Positions 1-13,501 of a stretch of 64,000 nucleotides of DNA are shown here, piece after piece. Below the pieces are notes generated by a model that saw nothing but the letters and a program-made list of their open reading frames with translations, had not been told where the DNA came from and ran no database searches. This DNA comes from Octopus vulgaris (lineage: Eukaryota). Both the position numbers and the translations under genes were made by a program. The first letter of the stretch is position 1. Every line of letters starts with the position of its first letter. The DNA lies in assembly GCA_951406725.2 (NCBI GenBank), contig OX597815.1, forward strand, positions 198,834,001 through 198,898,000. Direction: 5' to 3'.

Positions 1-82
<82 letters not shown>

Positions 83-867
83 CATGTATGTTTTTATGCA
101 TATTTATGTGAATTATGTATATGTACACACATACGCATGTACATATTTATAGTCAACATTATATACATAGATATGCGGAGGTAAATATATATGCATATAT
201 ATATACACACACGCACATACATGCACACACAAACACACACACATATATATACATACATCCACATATACATAGTGTGTGTTTACACATTTAGTGCATGAGT
301 GTTTGCGTGCGATGAGGCGTATGTACATATACATTTGATGACCTTTATTATTAAGTTGATTAAACATGTCATATTAAGCCTGTATCTTATACTAGACATT
401 ATTACACGAAATCTTTCCGACATTTTTGTATTGTAGATTAAATCATGTTGACTAGAAGGCATCGAATATTTACCTGAGTTTTTCCTTTTCTTTTTCTTTA
501 TCTGTGTACTTAAAGAAGACGTTGGAACTTACCAGTGTAAATTAACCTATCTGTCTTCTATTATGATGACTTTCTACTTTTTATAGCAGACTGATAAATA
601 TGTACACAATGTTGGTATTGAAAGCTACAAATTTCTCACCGGATCTCAATTACTTTTGTCATAAACATGGTGAGGTCTCGGAAGTAAAGCTCACTGATTA
701 AGTAAGATATTAACTCTCGGTGTATTGAGTTCAAATTATTCGTCTTTAAGAAACGGATTCTCCATGGATACGTCACCTCTATGATCTAGTAGATTATGGA
801 GTAAATAAGTTCGTCCAATCTGAGGAAAGTTCTTGAATGTTCTTGTTTGATCTGGGAGATATAACAG

Positions 868-997
868 TATTATTTCCCTTATTTACATTTGACGGATATT
901 TGTCCTCATCTCGTTTGTTGTTAACACAACGTTTCGGCTGATATACACTCCAGCCTTCATCAGGTGTCTTGGCGAAACTTCGAACCTGGGTTCTCAG
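868..997 (-). mobile_element. Penelope-like pseudo-LTR fragment carrying a hammerhead ribozyme (inverted partner of 1240-1399)
   Basis: Reverse complement matches 1240-1370 closely over ~125 bp. Contains CTGATGA-A-ggctg..cagcc-GAAACGTT. Confidence 0.75.
923..968 (-). ncRNA. Minimal type I hammerhead ribozyme motif (intact core)
   Basis: Minus strand: gacac-CTGATGA-A-ggctg(gagtgtatat)cagcc-GAAA-C-G-TT-gtgtt. Stem I gacac/gtgtt, stem II ggctg/cagcc, palindromic minimal stem III (AACGTT). Confidence 0.8.
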
Positions 998-1000
998 TCT

Positions 1001-1221
<221 letters not shown>

Positions 1222-1239
1222 TCGAAAAATACCTTAGCA

Positions 1240-1399
1240 ATGAGAACCCAGATTCGAAATTTCGCCAAGACACTTGATGAAGGCTGCAGGGTATATCAGC
1301 CGAAACGTTGTGTTAACAACAAACAAGATGAGGACAAATATCCGTCAAATATAAATAATGTAAATAATGTACAGGATTCCTCATCTCTTAAATATAGAA
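1240..1399 (+). mobile_element. Penelope-like pseudo-LTR fragment with hammerhead motif (1269-1314)
   Basis: gacac-TTGATGA-A-ggctg..cagcc-GAAACGTT-gtgtt, with a C3>U change relative to the 923-968 copy. Confidence 0.75.
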
Positions 1400-1949
1400 C
1401 AATATTATTTCCATCGAACAACACAATTTTACTGCTCAGAAAATAAATTTTGCCTTCATTTCAGGACAGAAATTTATAATTCAAAGAAGAAGCTCCAGCT
1501 GTTATTTCTAGCATGTGGCGCGACAACGTGGAAATCCCAAATTAGCTTGAAAAGGTGGTTGCTGTTATTGTTATTGTTGTCGTTGTGGTTGTTGTTATTG
1601 TTGGTGTCTTCGTTGTTTACCTTGCTTCATCCCAGACCGACACGTCTCTGCATCAATTTTCATGCTTCGTACTAGTACTAGGAAAAGGAAAAATTGATTT
1701 AAAAGCACCAAATGGACACACCTCGTCATAGGTTTGCTTAAATAGATCAGTTCACTTTACTGGACGTTTCTAAATGGTCGGCCGATCTGCTAGCAATAGC
1801 AAGTAAAATTTTCATAAAATTACATTTACTATACAATGCTGTCCAGCTCAGATTCTTGTGATAAAACTAGATGGCCATGAACGGAATGTCTGATGATAAC
1901 TCTTCTTAGGACACCATAAAAGCGAAACACTATCATATATGTTTAGAAG

Positions 1950-2114
1950 AAGCGTGGTTGTGTGATTGAGTAGTTTACTTACAAACCACGTAGTACTGGT
2001 TTCAATCCCACTGTCTGGCACCTTGACTTAGTGTCTTCGACAATAGACCAATTGCCTCGAGCCGACCAAAGCAGTGTCGGTTGATTAGGTAGATGTAAAA
2101 TGAAGAGAAGGCCG

Positions 2115-2173
<59 letters not shown>

Positions 2174-2340
2174 GGTGTGTTTGCATCCTTGTAACGTCGC
2201 GGTTTGGTAAAAGAATTCCGATAGAATAATACCATGCTTAAAAATATTAGCACTAGGATCGATTCGTTCGACTAAATTTCTGCAAAGTGGTGCCTTCGGC
2301 AGAACTACAGTTTTATGACTGAAACAATTAATAGAAAAAG
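1950..2340 (+). mobile_element. Degenerate SINE family 1 copy
   Basis: tRNA-like head (..ggtttcaatcccactg), internal (TG)n and decayed tail ..atgactgaaaca. Confidence 0.75.
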
Positions 2341-3415
2341 GTAAGATATAGTTATTCCAGGTGTTAGAATCGATTGCCCTCGTATAAAATATCTACTCTA
2401 TATCATACCGAGCTCAGCTTTATTTTTCGTCTTTCAGGATCTATAAGCTTTCAGGACCTATATATAACACTGAACCGCTGGGTTCGCTGGAACCGCCTCA
2501 GCACCTTTCCTTCAGATTTGCAGGTTTTGTGTCTCAATCAGAAAGCATAATTATTAATATCATCCAACATTGTAGCTTAAATATGAAAAAAAAAATCACA
2601 ACACATTACTGAACGCCAGCACGTGTTAAATTATTTCTTGTTGTTTTATATCATTCGCAAAGTTGTATCTATATGTATGTGTGTGACTACGTGTGTGTAT
2701 TTATATACGAACATGTGCGTGTATCTGTATATATATATACATACACACACACACACAAACATACACACACATATTTACACATTTACTATACACATAAATA
2801 TATAGGAATTCGCATACACTAAAACATACTACGCACACACGCGTATATATAGGCACGTGTATATAGATATGCGTACACATTATGCTTATATGTATGTGTC
2901 TGTCTGTCTGTGCGTGTATGCACATACACGCATGCATACATATATGTGATATATATATGTGTTTATATACAGTATATATATATATTCATATATGTCTCTC
3001 TCTATATATATTTATACACACACACACATACATACATGCATACATACGCATGTATATATGTGTGTGTGTGTGTATACGTATGCCTGTGTATGCATGTATA
3101 TATGTGTATATATATGTACATATATGTATATATACGTACGTCCATGTGTATGTATGTATGTATGTATGTATGTATGTATGTATGTATGTATGTATGTATG
3201 TATGTATGTATGTATTGTTAAATAGCAAACGATTAAGCAATTAAAATTGATGAAATCTCAGAGGAAATAAAAATATTTTGCTTTTTCCTTCCTTTACCAT
3301 TATGTTTAGTTATTTATTGATATTTATTTTCTTTGTGATGCCTTATTTTATTTTGTATTTATGTTCATTATTTCAATTTATTTTTATTTTACTCTATTTT
3401 TACTTTGCTTTATTT

Positions 3416-3446
<31 letters not shown>

Positions 3447-5373
3447 TTTCTTCAACCGTTTTATAATTGATTTTTCAACTTCGTTCCCGCAAGATATTTC
3501 CAATTAGAAATACGTTAGCACCACATAACTAACTTGATAAATTATATAAAACATTTGTCTGCTTTTCGTTCATGTATTATTATTTTTACGCTTATTTTGT
3601 TAGTGTTTTTGAATTTGTTTTTTTCTTTTTTTCTTTTCTTTTTTTCTCATTGTCGAATATGTTGCTGCTGTTGATATTGCTGTTGTTTAGATTTTCTTTC
3701 GAGATTTTTTTTTTTCGTATATTTATTTGTGATTTTCGTCTATAACCTGTATATGCATGTGTATGTATTACTTTATGTTGTTTGTATGTGAGCGCATGTG
3801 TGCGTATACTTAAATATGTACATGGCAGTCTGTTTATGAGTATGGTAATCGTTCAACTTTATTTTTTATCTTTTTTCCTTCTCTTATCTCAACTTCTCTT
3901 TTATAACAAGACTCGTCGTTTGAATTTTGTAATGAATTATTTATGTTCATTTTTCCAGGCTTTTTCAATTCGTTTTTTTTTCTTCTTTTTACTCTGATTT
4001 ATTTTATTTAATTTTGTTTCTCAAAAGTTTACATGATAATGGCCATTGGTCAAAAATTGATATAAAATACGTTACAAAACAAAATGAGACTACTTGCAAG
4101 AAATAAGGATCTGAAAAAAGAAAAAGACAATTCGAAATGTTTATTTACCTTATGCCTAAAAGAAAACAATTAGTAGTTGAATTAAACATGAATAAATCTT
4201 GTTGAGAAACGTTAAGTTCTCGCATTTAAATCTCTACCAGTTGTGGCTTAATAATCATGTGATTAACACATTTAAGTTAAACAAACTTTTCTCTCTGCAA
4301 CTATAGTTTTTATGAGATGTGTGCTTTAAGTGTTGTTAGCTCTTAGATATTTGTCTTAAGTATTAGTAACTTTAAGTTTAGCGCTCATAAATTTTTTTAT
4401 CTGTATTTGTGCTTAGTTTAGTAACAACATTTCTTATAGTGTAAGATTTCTTATTATTATTACTCTTATATAAGTATACGTATCTGTGATTTTATGAGCA
4501 AATGTGAGACAGCATAAAACTGTTAACGAAAGAGCACAAACGTATATTGAAGACCTCTCGTCGCCTATGGGATCTATAATCAATATTGTTTCGGTACATT
4601 TAATCCTTAGTACCACTCCACCAAGGAACCCCAGTCATTGTGACTGAGGAAATAGAAGGTACAATGCAATGTCTTTAATACTTAAAACCTTGGAGGATAT
4701 TAACGTATGAAAAAGACGGGAAAATACAAACATATACACAGTAACTGTGTTCGACGAAAAAGCATGATTATCAAATATTCGGAAATGAATGCTAGAACAG
4801 ATTATAACATGAGTTCGAATGTTAAGCTCTGCAGGGAAAATAATATGGTCCTGACCTTGATTTTATTCATGTGTATTGCAGTCAAACAGGTAGAGAGTAA
4901 GGCTGCAAAGAAGAAGAAGAGAGAATTATATTAGAGAGGGAGTAGTTAATGTGTTAAGAAACAGATGAAAATATAACGATAAATTGCAATGCTTAATATT
5001 CGCTATATTGTTATTAATGTAATAAATTATTTATATCTTGATCTCTTAATAACCTCGATCCGTTGTCTAGCTCATTATCATAAAAATATTGAAAATAGTG
5101 TCACAATGTTATGAAGATATATTAATTTATGCCTCAAAATAAAATTATGAAAATTTATCGAATGAAGAAATTCCCTGGTTTCCTCTTGTTACATATATGT
5201 AGAACGTGTTTCACGCATGTACACATAAACACTCACATCTACGCACATACATACATACGATCACACCTACATCTGCACACTCACACATGTCATTAGACAT
5301 CTTAATTTGTAAGTATTTGTATGTACATATTATAATCAGTAAGATTTATTAAATGTTTCATTTGTAGGTTTCT

Positions 5374-5604
5374 TATTTCTTTATTGCCCGCAAGGGGCTA
5401 AACATAGAGGGGACAAACAAGGACAGACAAACGGATTAAGTCGACTAAATCGACCCCAGTGCGTACCTGGTACTTAATTTATCGACCCCGAAAAGATGAA
5501 AAGCAAAGACGACCTCGGCGGAATTTGAACTCAGAACGTAGCGGCAGACTAAATATCGCAAAGCATTTTGCCCGGCGTGCTAACGTTTCTGCCAGCTCGC
5601 CGCC
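5374..5604 (-). mobile_element. SINE family 2 (tRNA-derived, tail A), full length
   Basis: Minus strand begins ggcggcgagctggcagaaacgttagc, has B box gagttcaaattcc and central tttcatc..tcggggtcgataaa, and ends ..aataaagaaata. Confidence 0.9.
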
Positions 5605-6689
5605 TTTCATTTATAAGTTAATCAGTGCCTTAACTTAACCATATTTAAATAAATCTTGTAATCCTCTTACGCATGGGAAATGGCTGTCAACAATAGGATA
5701 CGCTCAATGTTTACAGAACTAATTATATATACAATAACTTCAGGTTTTAAGTCATAATTTTCAGATTTCTTATCTGGTCCTATCAATGGCAGAATTAATT
5801 GCGTGTTCAGAGTGATAATAAATTTAAGATTTGTTCTTAAATTCTTCAATTCTTAGTAATATTTAAGATTCAAGCAGTAATTGGGTTTGAGCAGAATAAA
5901 AGGGAATATCAGTAAAAGGAAGAATATCCAAATATTTTATAGGATCTGGTTATACTTGGGGGTAGTCATATTTTGCTAATTAAACACACGCAATATATAT
6001 TTGATGACGTATTATAGGATGACTGTTACCACTGAGATTGTAGATGAAATGACAGAAAATGAGATTATAGAATGAATTCCAGCTACTTGCATTCACACAG
6101 GTTTTGATAAAGTTGTTAGTGTTGGGATTTAGAAAGGATGAACTGAAGAGGGATATTGAACTGTCAATTGCATGGCGGTTCGGTTTCCCTTGCGGATTCT
6201 ATGAAACATCAAGTGAACACAAGATAAATATAGAAGGATTCAAGACTTCGAATTGAGGCTGCTTAGTTATGGACCTGAAAAAACACAGCAAGATTTGTCA
6301 CTTACCTTCCTTTCAGATATCATTCACCACTCTGACATATCTTTATTAGAAATATCTTGAATTTTTTTCGACCACATATACACTTGCAACTATATATACA
6401 CACATATGATGATGAATTGCCTGCCAGCTTCACCAATGCAAAACTCACCAAAGTTACCGCGTATTTCTCAATCAGAATCCGCAAACCAAAACTGTGGCAC
6501 AATAAATGAAAAGGCTGAAAGTTTGCATTACAGGTGTCTTACAGAGTTTTCGTCTGCCCAATTTTACTTACAAGGCTTGGGCTGAGCTACGTGGTGCATT
6601 GCAGAATATTTTAGACTTTATTTTTCTTTAGGAGAAGCAGTTATAAATGTCCTAGATTATTGTAACTCAAGATTGAAAGACACGGCTGT

Positions 6690-7900
6690 AACGACACTTT
6701 GAACACCACTTTCTAAACACTACTTGTCACTGCAAACTAGTTTGCTGAATGCAGTCTTCACGTGAAAACAATTAGGATGCTTGCTGTACAATAAGGTTTT
6801 CTGTTAAACTGGAACAAAAAAGCTATAGAAAATTTATGAAATGCTCCAAAGTGTCTATGGATTAACATGTATGAGCCGAGCATCTATTTTTCGCTGGCTA
6901 TAGAGGCCATGCAAAGCAAGTCCATGAAGAAGTTCATGAGGGTCCCCTTTCTTGACAGCAGCGGCATCATCTATTAGGTTGTCCGGAAAGTTCATGCCGA
7001 TTTATAGTAGCTTACTTTTCGACTTATTTTAGAATATAGTTGAGTCCACAAAATAGGATTTGACTACAGCTCCATTTAGAGCACAGTTTAAGGAGTCTTT
7101 TCGTAGAAGAAGGTTTACGTTCCTATAACCTGTGTTAATTCTGTAACCTTTTAAAAGGGAAGAAAAGAAAGTTCATTTTCGGCACTTGATGCTTTGGGAA
7201 TCAGACAAAAATTGCTGCAGCTCGGCTGGGATATGTTACCCTACCCTCCATATTCACCAAATATTGCTCCTTCGGATTTCCACTTATTTAGGTCTCTGCA
7301 GAATAGTCTTAATGGTAAAAATTTCAATTCCTTGGATGACGTAAAAAGATACCTTGATTAATTCTTTGCCATCAAACAAACTCAGTTCTGGGAAGAGGGT
7401 ATTTTCAAGTTAAAGGAAAGATGGAGATGCATTGTGCAACAAAATGGTTCATATTTGGTTGATTAAAAATGTAATGGCAAGTATTTATTGACCTTTTTCT
7501 TTCCTTTAAAAATCGACAACCCAATATTTCTACTGGGATCTCTTTGGCTAGACGGTCAACAAAGTGCACTTAGAAGTGGTTATAAAATAGTTCGAGACGA
7601 GATTTTGTTGTTCACAAAAGGTCGGAGTACTTACACCAAAACAATCCGTCAGTTCACAATTCCATCCTATTAACCAACTACTTGACAGACGTGTGTATTG
7701 AAACTATCCTTCACTCTTCTTACAGTCCAGGGCTTGCTCCTTGTAACTGATGGTTGTTCGCCAAGCTGGAGGAGAAAATAAAGGAAACTGTGACAATGAT
7801 TATCGACACCTTCAATTGGGACTTCCCTGGAGATTTTCCCGAAGTGATCGGAGCGGTATAACGAGTGCATTGAAGTCAGAGAATCTTACTTTGAATTAGC
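6690..7900 (+). pseudogene. Old degenerate mariner transposase, interrupted by a younger mariner
   Basis: Remnants KKFMRVPFLDSSGII (~6930-6970), HSSYSPGLAPCN*WLFAKL (~7712-7768, YSPDLAP motif) and ERYNECIEVRESYFE (~7850-7895). Boundaries approximate. Confidence 0.7.
6974..7524 (+). mobile_element. Internally deleted mariner (Tc1/mariner) element
   Basis: TA flanks. Left TIR ttaggttgtccggaaag..ccgattt; right TIR partly deleted (aaatcgacaacccaa). N-terminal EEKKVHFRHLMLWE is fused to C-terminal LGWDMLPYPPYSPNIAPSDFHLFRSLQN..WRCIVQQNGSYLVD*. Confidence 0.9.
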
Positions 7901-8647
7901 GTTTTGTAAGTAAATGATTCTTGAAAGAATTTCAAAATATCTGGAATGCGTTTCTTATATCTATCATGACGCTACGCAGTACGGTTGAACCTGTAACCTC
8001 TTGACTGTAAAGCAAACATTTATACTACACAGTCTTGCTTGCCTTCATATAAACCTACAGATGTGTATATAAATGTATGCATACATACATAAATATACTC
8101 ATATTTATGTGAATGTGTGCCTATGTATGCATGTATGGTAATACTTAGGTGTATGTTGCAATTCATATTTTCTACGCTCAAAGTGATATTTTGGTGTATA
8201 TTATCCAATTATCTCGATTAAAATTATTCATGATCAAATATTTTTACAAGCCTCCATAATATTTTTACGAATATTTTTTTACAAGTGTCTTAATCTAGCG
8301 GTAAAATACTCGAGCGGGAACCCATAATAAGTTTGAATTGTTTTGTCCTTTTTTCTTTTTGTCATATAATAAACCTAATTACATTTTTATTTCCATTCTT
8401 GCACCTTCCTTGCACCCATTTTTTTTTTTCATTTGATAATTTGTTGATGCAATCAAGCATATGCAAAATTCCCGAGTAGATGAAACTTAAATGGCTACTT
8501 CTGTAAAATGACTACTGTATAAAAATCACATTCAACTTTTCTATGCATTGAGTTGCTTTTATTTCTTAAAAATCATCTACACAAGTACATGTGCTGTACA
8601 TGCGTGTGTATACATACTTATACACACACACACACACACATATACAC

Positions 8648-8717
<70 letters not shown>

Positions 8718-8784
8718 TTTTCTACTGTAGGCGCAAGGCACGAAATTTTTTGGGAAAGGATACTTAGTTTATCGACCCCGAAAG

Positions 8785-9079
8785 GACTCCTTGCGCATAA
8801 CTTAATTCATCTGCTTCTTCATAATCAATATAGCTAAACGGTAACGGGTAAAGACCTCACCCACCCTTCCTTCGGTCATGAATGATAAAGGGATTGCACC
8901 TAAAAAATTCCCCTCCGAGGCACAAGTCCGGGACTAGGTTCTTTATGGAAGATCAACAATCGCCCATGGATACCAGCCTCCCCTCTCCACGCTACCGATG
9001 TTATCCAAGGAAAAAGCAAAGGCCGATACAGCTTGGCACCAGTGATATCGCCATTCATTTCTACAGCTTAGTGAACTGG
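8785..9079 (-). repeat. Local copy of 11881-12165 (SINE 3' part plus flank) inside a SINE family 2 fragment
   Basis: Collinear similarity to 11881-12165, including ~55 bp beyond the (ttacccg)-like tail. Confidence 0.85.
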
Positions 9080-9149
9080 TACTTAATGTATCGACACCGA
9101 AAGGATGAAAGCAAGGTCCCACACAGGCACACACACACATAGATATTCT

Positions 9150-9561
9150 TTTATTCTTTTTATTCTTTTACTTGTTTCAGTCATTTGACTGCGGCCATGC
9201 TAGAGCACCACCTTTAATCGAGCAACTCGACCCCGGCACTTATTCTTTTGTAAGCCCAGTACTTATTCTATCGGTCTCTTTTGCCGAACCGCTAAGTAAC
9301 GGGGACATAAACACACCAGCATCGGTTGTCAAACAATGCTAGGGGGACAAGCACAGACACACAAACACACACACGCATATATATATATACATATATACGA
9401 CGAGCTTCTTTCAGTTTCCGTCTACCAAATCCACTCACAAGGCTTTGGTCGGCCCGAGGCTATAGTAGAAGACACTTGCCCAAGTTGCCACGCAGTGGGA
9501 CTGAACTCGGAACCATGTGGTTGGTAAACAAGCTACTTACCACACAGCCACTCCTACGCCT
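9150..9561 (-). mobile_element. SINE family 1 (tRNA head + internal TA/TG microsatellite + LINE-like tail)
   Basis: Head ggagtggctgtgtggtaag..gttcagtccc, CORE-like cttgggcaagtg, tail gcatggccgcagtcaaatgactgaaacaag(taaaaga)n. Confidence 0.92.
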
Positions 9562-9846
9562 ATATACATGTATGTGTATATATGTATACATGAAAACGTG
9601 TGTAAGCGTATTTCTATTTTTCTGTCAATACTTCGAAATCGGTAATTGTCTGCTTATTCATGTCTATTTAACTTAGCAGCTCGGCATGAAGACACCGATA
9701 GAACAAATAGCACAGTTTATAAAATAAGCCCTTCTATCAAGTCGATTAACTAAATCTTTTGAGGCCGTGATCCAAGATGGCTACAATGGGTGAAACAAGT
9801 CCAAAATACATCATGAATATATAAATAATATGTATTATGAATTGAT

Positions 9847-9902
9847 TTTATATATGTACATATATATAACATAATATACATATATTATAACATATATATA
9901 TG

Positions 9903-9959
<57 letters not shown>

Positions 9960-10029
9960 GTATGTATATATATATATATGTATATATATATGTATATATA
10001 TATATATACATATATATAACATAATATAC

Positions 10030-10067
<38 letters not shown>

Positions 10068-10131
10068 TATATACATATATATATATACATATATATGTAT
10101 ACATATATATATGTATGTATATATATATGTA

Positions 10132-10164
<33 letters not shown>

Positions 10165-10245
10165 GTATGTATATATATATATGTATATATATATGTATAT
10201 ATATATATATGTGTATATATATATATATACGTGTGTGTGTGTGCA
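9847..10245. repeat. Compound (TA)n microsatellite with an internal duplication
   Basis: taacataatatacatatattat occurs twice. Confidence 0.95.
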
Positions 10246-11069
10246 TGTATGTATATTTGTGTATGTGAGTAAGGTTGTGTGCCTAGGTATGTGGTTTTAC
10301 ATTCATAATCTCTTATTACTGGAATGACTGTCTTTCATTCACTCTACATCAAATCATATTATCTCATTATCTCGCAATCTCGAAAACCACCGCGTTTTCT
10401 ATTTCTGTTTCTATGTCATAAGTCTCTTTTTCTAATTCTCTTACTCACTCTCTCTCTCCCACCCCCTCTCTCTCTCTCTCTGTTAATCTCTCTGTTAATC
10501 TCTTTCTGTTCGCCTCTATGTCTCTCTCTGCCTCTATGTCTCCGTCTGTCTCTGTCTCTCTTTCTCTCTGTGTTATAGTCCCTGCCTCTCTGCCTATGTC
10601 TGTCTCAGTCTCTCTCTCTCTTTTTATCTCTCTCGCTGTCTCTTTCTCCCTCTCTTAATCGCTCTCTCTTTCTATCTCTCTCTCGCTCTCTCTCTTTCTC
10701 TCTTCCCCTCTCTCTCTCCCTCTCTGTCGCACCATGCCTGTACACAACACGCGCATACCCAAACACATAGAGAAACGTAAACACATACGTACACAAACAC
10801 AGACAGTTATTCTAAACGCGCACACTCACACATACACACTCACACACACAAGCACACACAAACACTCACACGCACATACATCATTACCTCACCCAGCCAC
10901 ACAAACATACACGCACATGCACACACGCTTATATATATCATTACCTCCCACCCCCCACACACACGCTTTGTTTTACTCTTATTCTCTCTCTTTCTAGCTC
11001 TGTCTGGTTTTCTCTGACTTTCGGGCACACACTACACAAACTACAACACACACACACACACAAACATAC

Positions 11070-11112
<43 letters not shown>

Positions 11113-11929
11113 CACAAACAAGCATGCACACAAACACGTTCACATATGTGCATCTTAACTTTATCACCGTATCTCGATTTCAATCACTCTTTCTTTCTTT
11201 CCTTCTTTCTCTCTCTCTCTCTCTTTCATGCTCTTTATTTCTCTTTCCTTCACTTCAGTCCCTCTCTATCTCCTTTTGTCTCTCGCTTTTTCGCTTCCAT
11301 TTATCATTAACACTCAGCCCAGTCCTTCGTCTCTCTTTCACCCAGTTCTATACTCTGAATTAATTACTTGGCACATTAGCAGACATTTGTTGTTGTCTTC
11401 TAGAATCCCATTTCCCAAGACCAATTTAATTGCCAGCAAAACTTAGCGAGGTCTATAGAACTGTTTAGATTTAAAGTCTTCGGCAAACTATAGTGACAAA
11501 CCAATTGAGAACTATATTCATGAAAATACAGATAATTAGCACTTATAGAAAATATCTTTCCTGAGCATTAACAAAAACTAGATCAAATATGGTGTTGCTG
11601 ACTCAGCGGTGCACAAGACTAAAATGTCTACAGTGCTTAGTTTATTCTGGACTTAATTTATTTCTCAATATTCGACTTCTACAGAGATCGAGTCAACGAG
11701 GAAGATACCATTCACTTTAGTTTGGTCTCAGTCTTTCATAGGTTTTATTTTATCAATTATTGCTCCAAATTCTTTTTAGAAAAACACTCTTTGAATGCCA
11801 CCTTACTACGATTTACCAAATTCAATTACACCATTAAAAAAAGGAATAAACCATTGCTAGCATGTTGATCTTCATTAGAAGACTCCTTGCTCATAATTTA
11901 TTTCATCTTCTTCATAATCAATATAGCAA

Positions 11930-12282
11930 GACGGTAACGGGTAAAGACCACCTCGCTTCGGTCATGAATGATAAATGGATTGCACCTAGGAAATTCCCTT
12001 CCGAGGCACAAGTCCAAGCAAGGTTTTTTAATGGAAGATCGACAGTCGCCCATGGATACCAGCCACTCCTCTTCATGCTACTAATGTTATCCAAGGTAAA
12101 GGCAAAGGCGGATACAGCTTGGCACCAGTGATATCGCAACTCATTTCTACAGCTGTGTGAACTGGAGTAACGGGAAATAAAGTATCTTGCTCAAGAACAC
12201 AATACAGTCCAGTCCCAAAACTGAACTCACTACCTCATGCATTTGACCCCGATGCTCTAAACACTGAGCTAGGCACATTCAC
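11930..12282 (-). mobile_element. tRNA-derived SINE (family 3) with CORE/V-like middle
   Basis: Minus head tagctcagtgtttagagcatc..gagttcag, then tgtgttcttgagcaagatactttattt, and tail ..tctttacccgttaccgt. Confidence 0.75.
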
Positions 12283-12672
12283 ATATACTAGCGCTAATAC
12301 TACCAATTGATTCGCACATTGAATAAAAGTGAGAAGTGGATCAATTAAAAGACGTATAAATTGCCTCCCGTTGACGCCTCATTTGAGCCTTGTAGCCATA
12401 TAAACCTTTGCACTGCAAGCTACCAGAAGGTGGCTGTGGTAACCATCAAACGCTCACTGTCGTTAAGCAGCTCAAGTCTCGCTGTTTTTTAAAAGAAATA
12501 ATATATTGGCTAATAGTAATCTTTCGACGTATATCTATTCGAACAGGGTTCACCTGGAGCTAAACAACCGCCATCAGCACTACTAGCATGAAAGGCGGTG
12601 GCGGTGGTACCGGGATTGACCTTTATGCTAATAAGAGAATACAATATCATTTGTATTCTCGTGTCGGATAAA

Positions 12673-12963
<291 letters not shown>

Positions 12964-13486
12964 GAATAAATAAAAAAAATTGATATACCATTATTTGCTA
13001 TTTAAATGTCTGGATATAATCGAAAACAGTATATTACTGGTACATTTTTTAAAGATTCTCCTCTCCTTTTAGTTGCTGTTGATGCTGTTTCTCTTTTGGT
13101 CGTTTTAAAGTTCCGCGTTAACTCTGATCCATGAATCACTTAATAATCATAATCCAAACTTCCTGTCATGCCGATGACATTTTTTAAATTATTGTTGTTG
13201 TTGTTGTTTTGCAAGTATTTTGGACCCTAGTAACAAACTAGCACTGCAATTTTTTTTTTTTTGTGTGTTTGTTTCAAAGATAATAGGCTGTAATTTAAAT
13301 AAGAATATGTTGATATTTTTAGCTTGTCAAGCGGCGACAAAGCATTGAAAGGCCTCTTAGTTGGCTTCGCTTCAAAATGAAGAAAAGCAAAGATGACTCA
13401 TGTAGTCTTGGGGAATGGTTGAAGGTGGTGGCGGCGTCGGCGGCGGTGGCGGCTGTGGTGACGGTGTGGGGGGGGGGGTAAATTCA

Positions 13487-13501
13487 GACCGCCAGAGGGC
13501 A
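13487..13501 (+). promoter_or_regulatory. Candidate CTCF binding motif
   Basis: gaCCGCCAGAGGGCA fits CCRCYAGRKGGCR, in unique sequence beside a GC-rich tract. Confidence 0.3.

Noticed and set aside
9326-9676. Recurrent 'RRASFSFRLPNPLTRLWSARGYSRRHLPK' ORFs resembling a gene family
   Set aside because: Antisense translation of SINE family 1.
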